From positions 2,998-66,997 of the forward strand of contig JBAZLC010000001.1 in the NCBI GenBank assembly GCA_041650415.1: 64,000 nt of DNA, given 5' to 3'. Origin of the DNA: Minisyncoccota bacterium. Lineage in GTDB: Bacteria > Patescibacteriota > Minisyncoccia > UBA6257 > UBA9933. A program made the translations under genes and the position numbers. The notes beneath the pieces were generated by a model. It saw nothing but the letters and a program-made list of their open reading frames with translations, was not told where the DNA came from and ran no database searches. Positions 58,203-64,000 of this stretch are shown here, piece after piece; position 1 is the first letter of the stretch; each line of letters begins with the position of its first letter.

Positions 58203-58743
58203 AATTTTCGTAATTTTCCAGTAATGGGAGTGCCGCGTCGCGTTCCGAAATAATAGGATTTTCTACCGGCCAATTTATCCCGATAGCAGTATCGTTCCAA
58301 ATGACACCTTTCTCAAGAGCTGGGTCGTATTCAGCAGTGCATTTATAAACAATTTCCGCCTCATCACTTAAAACGCAAAAACCATGCAAAAAACCTTCAG
58401 GAATGAAAAACTGTTTTTTATTTTCAGCTGAAAGATTAATTCCAATCCATTTACCGTATGTTGGGGATTTTAATCTTAAATCAACCGCTACGTCAAAAAT
58501 TTCCCCCCTTACGCACCAAATTAATTTAGCCTGGGCCTTCGGATTAATCTGCATATGAAGCCCCCTCAAAACTCCTTTTTTTGAAAAGGATTTGTTTTCT
58601 TGTGTAAAAAAACCAGTGATGCCAAATTTTTCGAAGTCTGATTTTTTAAAAATTTCCGTAAAAAATCCCCTTTCATCTTTCCAAATTGAAGATTCTATAA
58701 TTATAGGCCCGGGTATTTCTACTTCGCTAAATTTAAAAGCCAT
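58192..58743 (-). CDS. rfbC: dTDP-4-dehydrorhamnose 3,5-epimerase
   Basis: 183 aa cupin (IIESSIWKDERGFFTEIF, RGLHMQ). Confidence 0.8.
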   Translation of the reverse strand: MAFKFSEVEIPGPIIIESSIWKDERGFFTEIFKKSDFEKFGITGFFTQENKSFSKKGVLRGLHMQINPKAQAKLIWCVRGEIFDVAVDLRLKSPTYGKWIGINLSAENKKQFFIPEGFLHGFCVLSDEAEIVYKCTAEYDPALEKGVIWNDTAIGINWPVENPIISERDAALPLLENYENYER

Positions 58744-58747
58744 ATTC

Positions 58748-59917
58748 TTATTTCCCTTTATTTTTTAAAATGTTTTCGTATATATCCGACACTTTAGCAC
58801 CATAATCATCCCAGGTAAAGCCGCTCGAAACTCTTAATCGCGCCGAATCGCCCATCATTTTTGCCGCTTCCGGATTTTCATAAAAATACAAAATTTTTTC
58901 TTTAATTTTTTCAACGCTTCTAATTGGAATAACGAAACCGTCTAATCCGTCTCTAATAATGTCTTCCCCGCCGGTATTTGTCGTGCATATGACAGGCAAG
59001 CCGCAAGCCATGGCAATCGGCTGAATTAATGCCAGTCCTTCTTCTATGGAAGGCATAACAAAAACCGTACCTTGGGAAAAAATTTTATTTATTTCGGTAA
59101 ACGGTACATAATCAATCCGCTTATAATGCCCGGCGTATTTTTTTAAAAACGGGACTATTTCTTCATTTACCGGACCCGCTAAAAGCAATTCGGAATTTTT
59201 AAGATTCAATTCTGAAAAAGATTTCAAAAGATAATGAGTTCCTTTTCTCAAGCTTAATCCTCCTCCGAAGATTACGCGAAAAACATTGTCCTTCTTAGGT
59301 AATGGCTTAAAAAGCGACAAATCAACGCCATAAGGAACGTGAATTAATTTTTCCGCCGGAAATCCCTTTTCTATAAAAGTATTCTTTACGAAAACCGAAG
59401 GGACTTCCACATAATCCGCTTCCTCATATTCCCGCAACTCCTTTTTAATAATTTCAGGATGCGGCAAATCCGGCCTTAAACCGTATTTTTCATATTCTTC
59501 TTTTAAAATGTCGTTTTGATAGACAATATGGGAACTTCCTCTTTCTAAAATAGTTTTTGCCCCCAGGCTTTTCGCCTTTCTTAAAGAATACAAAGACACA
59601 CTTGAAAAACCGATGAAAATATCCGATGAACGCACTTTGTGGCTGGCCAACTTATCATAAAAATTGCTGATTAATAGTTGGGTATTATAAATATCCTTTG
59701 TAAACGGCGGCAATTTAGCCAACCCTCTTTTTAAAATTTCAGCGCTCAAAATTGAAGTTATCTTCTCTTTTGGAATGTTAAATTTTTCTATTGCGAAAAA
59801 TTTAGGATAAGAAGTTATTAGTTGTTCCAAGCGTCCGCGCTTAACCAATTGTTGTGCCATATTAAAAGCGTGAAATCTCCCTAAAACAGAAATTGAAATT
59901 TTCATAAATTTAATCAA
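58748..59917 (-). CDS. Glycosyltransferase family 4 (GT-B)
   Basis: 389 aa (FVMPSIEEGLALIQPIAMACGLPVICT). Confidence 0.7.
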   Translation of the reverse strand: MIKFMKISISVLGRFHAFNMAQQLVKRGRLEQLITSYPKFFAIEKFNIPKEKITSILSAEILKRGLAKLPPFTKDIYNTQLLISNFYDKLASHKVRSSDIFIGFSSVSLYSLRKAKSLGAKTILERGSSHIVYQNDILKEEYEKYGLRPDLPHPEIIKKELREYEEADYVEVPSVFVKNTFIEKGFPAEKLIHVPYGVDLSLFKPLPKKDNVFRVIFGGGLSLRKGTHYLLKSFSELNLKNSELLLAGPVNEEIVPFLKKYAGHYKRIDYVPFTEINKIFSQGTVFVMPSIEEGLALIQPIAMACGLPVICTTNTGGEDIIRDGLDGFVIPIRSVEKIKEKILYFYENPEAAKMMGDSARLRVSSGFTWDDYGAKVSDIYENILKNKGK

Positions 59918-61688
59918 TTTTTATGTATTTTTTATACCAAAGCCACAAAGTAAAAACGCGCCATTTCATAGTTTTGTCTTTTTGAACTTCCTGTAAATTA
60001 AGATAATCAAATTCGTGTTTGAATTCCTCATCAATTAAAAAATCAACGGGGATATTCTCGCTCCAACGGTCAATCGGAGCATAAAATCCTTGTTTATCTT
60101 TTCTGTCTAAAATCTGGTGCGGAATTAAATCTTTCAACGATTCTCTTAATAGCCATTTTCCCTTATTATCCCTGATTTTAAATTCATTGGGTAAAGAAAT
60201 CATAAATTCCGCCAATCGATAGTCCAAGAACGGTCCTCGGGTTTCTATGGCAAAAGCCATTGAATTTCTATCATCGTAATGCAAAAAACCGGGCAAAGAC
60301 CAATAGAACAAACTATTCAAGAGATAACTGTTCAAAATTGTTTTGTTCTTAAAATGAACGTAAAAATCATCGACAAGTTTTAATTTTCCTTTTTCCGCGA
60401 AAAATTTTCCGTAATTTCTAAAAACGTAAATTGCTCTAAAAATATTTTTAATAAAGGCCGGGAAAGAATGAAAAAACGCCCTTAAGCTAAAATTTTTAAA
60501 ATTAAAATTCCTGATTCTGTCCGCCTCGTATGCCGGCAAAAAAGTATGAACATAACCGCCTAGAATTTCATCTCCTCCCTGCCCCGTTAAAACAACCTTA
60601 ATGCCATTTTCATTAATTTTTTCCATCAACAAAAAATGAGCAACCATTGAACCATCTGCAATAGGAGTTTCTTGGTGATAAATTACTTTTTCCAATGATT
60701 TAAAAAAGTTCTCCGTTTTTATCTCAATCCATACTGGATTAATATTTTTATACTGTTCCGTAAGAGTTTCAGCAAATTTTCTTTCATCCAACGGATCGCC
60801 CGGGTAAACGGCAGAGAATGTCTTTATTTTATTATTTAACGCATCGGGCGAAGCTACGGCTGCGACAATCGCGGAAGAATCCAACCCCCCGGAAAGAAGA
60901 GCCGCCAAAGGCACATCCGAACGCAACCTGATAGAAACGGCGTTCAAAAATAATTTTCTAAATTCCTCGCAAACTTTATTTTCGTCACGATAATCACGAG
61001 ATTTAATTACGGATAAATTCCAATATTTTTTCTCTACAGTCTTTTCCGCACCCTTTTCGCCCAAGCCAAATTCTAGAAAACTAGACTGCCCTACCTGAGA
61101 TATCCCATCAAAAAACGTTTCTTCCGTATAATCTAACGACCTGTTCACTAAAAAGTTAATTACTGCCTTGTGATTAACTTTAAAATTATTTGTATAATTT
61201 TTTAAGGCCTTAATTTCTGAACTAAAAACTACGGCGCCATCGACAAAACAATAATGCAGCGGCTTAACTCCAAATCTATCCCTTGCCAAAATCAAACGTT
61301 TCGCTTTTTTGTCATAGAACGCCAAAGCAAACATTCCATTCAATAAATTCAAGCCGCTGCCGATATCATTCCTGAATTTTTTCAAAACGCTAAAAAGCAC
61401 TTCGGTATCGGATTTTGTTTTAAGATTAAATTTAAATTCATTCTGTAACTCCACATAATTATAAATTTCTCCATTAAAAACTAAAACAAAATCTTCGTCT
61501 TTAAACGGCTGATTAGCTGCTGACGATAAATCAATAATTTTCAGCCTGTTAAACCCGACAGCGAAATTATCATCAAAATAAAAATCCGTGTCATCCGGAC
61601 CGCGATGATTAATTATTTTTGTTGACTTTTCAACCAAATTTTTAAAACCCGATGTATTTTTGCTTAAAATTCCGGAAAATCCGCACAT
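59910..61688 (-). CDS. asnB: Asparagine synthase (glutamine-hydrolysing)
   Basis: 592 aa. N-terminal MCGFSGIL (Cys2 nucleophile, Ntn amidotransferase) and the PP-loop SGGLDSS. Confidence 0.8.
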   Translation of the reverse strand: MCGFSGILSKNTSGFKNLVEKSTKIINHRGPDDTDFYFDDNFAVGFNRLKIIDLSSAANQPFKDEDFVLVFNGEIYNYVELQNEFKFNLKTKSDTEVLFSVLKKFRNDIGSGLNLLNGMFALAFYDKKAKRLILARDRFGVKPLHYCFVDGAVVFSSEIKALKNYTNNFKVNHKAVINFLVNRSLDYTEETFFDGISQVGQSSFLEFGLGEKGAEKTVEKKYWNLSVIKSRDYRDENKVCEEFRKLFLNAVSIRLRSDVPLAALLSGGLDSSAIVAAVASPDALNNKIKTFSAVYPGDPLDERKFAETLTEQYKNINPVWIEIKTENFFKSLEKVIYHQETPIADGSMVAHFLLMEKINENGIKVVLTGQGGDEILGGYVHTFLPAYEADRIRNFNFKNFSLRAFFHSFPAFIKNIFRAIYVFRNYGKFFAEKGKLKLVDDFYVHFKNKTILNSYLLNSLFYWSLPGFLHYDDRNSMAFAIETRGPFLDYRLAEFMISLPNEFKIRDNKGKWLLRESLKDLIPHQILDRKDKQGFYAPIDRWSENIPVDFLIDEEFKHEFDYLNLQEVQKDKTMKWRVFTLWLWYKKYIKID

Positions 61689-61695
61689 AAATTTA

Positions 61696-62766
61696 TTAAA
61701 CTAATTTAAAATAAATATCTAAAATTTTTTCTGCCCGATCCTCGTAAGAATAATCCCCTGAAACGGCTCGCTTATAACCGGCCGCTGCCACATCATTCCT
61801 TTCTTTCTGATGCGACAAATAAAAATCAATTTTGCTTTTCATTTCTTCGTAATCGCCGAAAAATTCTGCTTCCTTGCCTTCTTTAAACAAACTCATAGCC
61901 TCGTCTGTACGCTCATGAAGCATGAAAGCGCCGGATGCCGGTATTTCATAAGTTCTGGACGTTTGCACGTCGCGATTATGCTTTCTTAAAAAAGCCAGAA
62001 CTATCTTTGAGGCATTGAAAGCGCGCGATAAATCTTCACAAAAAAGAGGCTGGAACTGAATGCATTTTTTTTGCACCAAACAGCTATCGTGTGAAATCTT
62101 ATTCCATCCATTGCCATAAATCTTAATATCGTACCCGTCATTGCATAATTTTTCCAAACATTCCACTCTCTTGTCCTTCGCATAAGTTCCGACAAACAAT
62201 ACGTCCGCTCCTATTTTTTTTATTTCATCTTCAGATACTTTTACGGGATGATGACAACTCGCGTCAACCGCATGCGGAATAAAAACCGCCATTTTAGCCC
62301 CTGCGCTCATAAGTTCTCTTACATTGAAAGATTTTGTGGAAAAATGGCAGTCATAAAAAGATATAGAATCATAAAAATCCTTACTAGCATTTTTAGGATA
62401 AAATATATCATCAGGATACCAAGAAAAAACCTTAATTCCTAAAGATTTTATCTTTTGAATTGTTTTCAGCCTAACAAGAACCGGCTTAAAAAAAAGAACG
62501 AAATCAGGAATTTTTTCATTCACAAACTTTATAATTTCCGAATTTAATTTACCAGTATTGATATATAAAGGAGTTTTTGATTTTGGCAAAAAATGGTTAA
62601 AAAGCTTGTTTAAAAAACTAATTTTATATAAAGGCCCGTCATCTAAAAAACTAACTTTATAGCCTATTTTTTCAAAAGCTTTTTTATAAGAATTTAACCT
62701 GCCATAAAAAACGGCGTCTCCCACCAAAAGAATCGATAAATTTGGCTTGCCTAAAGGCTTAATCAT
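61696..62766 (-). CDS. CgeB-like glycosyltransferase (DUF3880 plus GT1-like C-terminus)
   Basis: Start moved to MIKPLGKPNLSILLVGD at 62766. The listed ORF extends 75 more codons through a TM-like low-complexity region. Confidence 0.45.
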   Translation of the reverse strand: MIKPLGKPNLSILLVGDAVFYGRLNSYKKAFEKIGYKVSFLDDGPLYKISFLNKLFNHFLPKSKTPLYINTGKLNSEIIKFVNEKIPDFVLFFKPVLVRLKTIQKIKSLGIKVFSWYPDDIFYPKNASKDFYDSISFYDCHFSTKSFNVRELMSAGAKMAVFIPHAVDASCHHPVKVSEDEIKKIGADVLFVGTYAKDKRVECLEKLCNDGYDIKIYGNGWNKISHDSCLVQKKCIQFQPLFCEDLSRAFNASKIVLAFLRKHNRDVQTSRTYEIPASGAFMLHERTDEAMSLFKEGKEAEFFGDYEEMKSKIDFYLSHQKERNDVAAAGYKRAVSGDYSYEDRAEKILDIYFKLV

Positions 62767-62803
62767 GTTTATATTTATTATAATATTTATTATAATAATC
62801 GCA

Positions 62804-63955
62804 ATGAATAAAAATAATAAAAATCCCCTGGTTAGTATTTGCATACCCGTGTACAACGGGGAAAAAGAGCTATCAAGAGCTATCGAAAGCTGCATATGCC
62901 AAACATATTCAAATTTAGAAATTATTATTTCGGACGATGGGAGTACTGACAAAACCAGCGAAATTGTAAAAAAATACGCCATTAAAGACAAAAGGATAAA
63001 ATACGTGAAAAGCGATACTAATTCAGGCGCCGTTAAAAATTTCTTAAAAGCCGTTAATTCGGCATCCGGAGAATTTGTCCAAATTTTGAACCATGACGAT
63101 TGGCTTTCTAATAATTACGCCGAAGAGGGCGTTAAAAAATTTAATCTTTATCCGGAAGCCGCGGCTATTATTCCAAAATCCATATTTGTCGATGAAAAAT
63201 TAATTGGAAACAAGAGAATTTTTGAATTAAATTCCAAAGTTTCTTTCAAACCCGAAATTTTGAAAACCGAATACATTGTGAGGAATTTTTATAAAATAGA
63301 TTTTGGATCAATATTTACACTCTCTTTTATAAGGAAAAATGATCTGAAAGAAGGGTTGTACTATCTTAATAAAATAATAATAAATAAAGACAATGATGAA
63401 ATATCCCGAGAGACAAAGAATTATTTAAAAATCGGCTGGGGTATGGATGTCATAACACCGTTACATATATTAACAAAATACGATTTCACGGTTACGACCG
63501 AAGAATCTGTTTACGTTAAAATGGAGCAAACCGCAAATTTGGGCAAAGCCGTAAAATTCGATTATAAGACAATCATTGGAGTAGTTGGCTATCCGGATTA
63601 TATGCTAAATTGTCTTTTGCATGTTTATAGACAATATTGGCTAAAATACATGCAAGGAATGAAATATTTCGTTGGAGCGCAGACTATAAATAGCGTAATA
63701 TTGGGATTCTTTAAAAATAATTTACGGCTTGATTATTTCAAAGGAACAAAAAAAGTGATGAAAAAATTTTTTGGAGCGTATTCTTTATTCGAGAAGATTT
63801 GCGTTATCACAATTTTCACGCCAATTTTAATGGTGCGTTCAATAAAGGTGGTTAAACGAAAACTGTCGCCTCCGCGATATCCTGAAAAATCAATCTGCAA
63901 ACCGGAATTATTCCTAGACAACAATTGCAGCTTTAACGCTTTTTCGAATAACTAA
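62804..63955 (+). CDS. Glycosyltransferase family 2
   Basis: Start moved to MNKNNKNPLVSICIPVYNGEKEL at 62804. DGSTD DxD region. Divergent from the CgeB-like gene. Confidence 0.7.
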   Translation: MNKNNKNPLVSICIPVYNGEKELSRAIESCICQTYSNLEIIISDDGSTDKTSEIVKKYAIKDKRIKYVKSDTNSGAVKNFLKAVNSASGEFVQILNHDDWLSNNYAEEGVKKFNLYPEAAAIIPKSIFVDEKLIGNKRIFELNSKVSFKPEILKTEYIVRNFYKIDFGSIFTLSFIRKNDLKEGLYYLNKIIINKDNDEISRETKNYLKIGWGMDVITPLHILTKYDFTVTTEESVYVKMEQTANLGKAVKFDYKTIIGVVGYPDYMLNCLLHVYRQYWLKYMQGMKYFVGAQTINSVILGFFKNNLRLDYFKGTKKVMKKFFGAYSLFEKICVITIFTPILMVRSIKVVKRKLSPPRYPEKSICKPELFLDNNCSFNAFSNN

Positions 63956-64000
63956 AGAGCCTGTTCTCACAAAAAATGCCTTTAAAAGCGTGGGGTAATT

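Overview
This 64 kb window is a low-GC (about 40%), gene-dense bacterial chromosome segment with a streamlined character typical of Candidate Phyla Radiation/Patescibacteria. It carries a short IF-2 and domain-reduced UvrA, UvrB and UvrC. The 23S gene is intron-bearing and 23S-5S is not linked to 16S. Genes overlap by a few nucleotides and small hypothetical membrane proteins are frequent. Most genes are on the minus strand. Recognisable core genes, left to right: holB (partial), mreB, murA, rmuC, a glutamate-type dehydrogenase, a thioredoxin-like protein with CcdA, tsaC, a ZnuBC-like metal ABC pair, a contiguous uvrB-uvrA-uvrC operon, recG and speH. A tRNA block (Arg, Arg, Phe, His) precedes a 23S-5S rRNA operon that has no 16S but has a group I intron in 23S. 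After it come a compact valS, a PrsW-like protease, hsp20, a NUDIX hydrolase, tRNA-Leu, rbfA, infB and tRNA-Ser. The right half holds a CaCA antiporter, tRNA-Ser, a GGDEF cyclase, TPM and LemA proteins, groES/groEL, a CheY-like receiver, a GC-rich secreted lipase, ftsA, ybeY, rpsU, a HIT protein, hisS, lepB and pth, then a 14 kb cell-surface glycan cluster (priming sugar transferase, Wzx, Wzy-like protein, GT2 and GT4 enzymes, rfbC, an epimerase, asnB). The region most worth attention lies just after tRNA-Ser(GCU) at 35.0-36.7 kb. It contains a tmRNA-like RNA with an atypical 3' end and GGCGAAUCC direct repeats, followed by a roughly 1.4 kb compositionally foreign islet. The islet has three small genes, each with its own promoter, consensus Shine-Dalgarno site and terminator, and one encodes a tandem-duplicated Cys4 peptide. 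Other notable items are a frameshifted peptidoglycan-binding gene after the 5S rRNA, duplicated tRNA-end fragments, a GC-rich orphan gene between recG and speH, and a palindrome over the lipase promoter.
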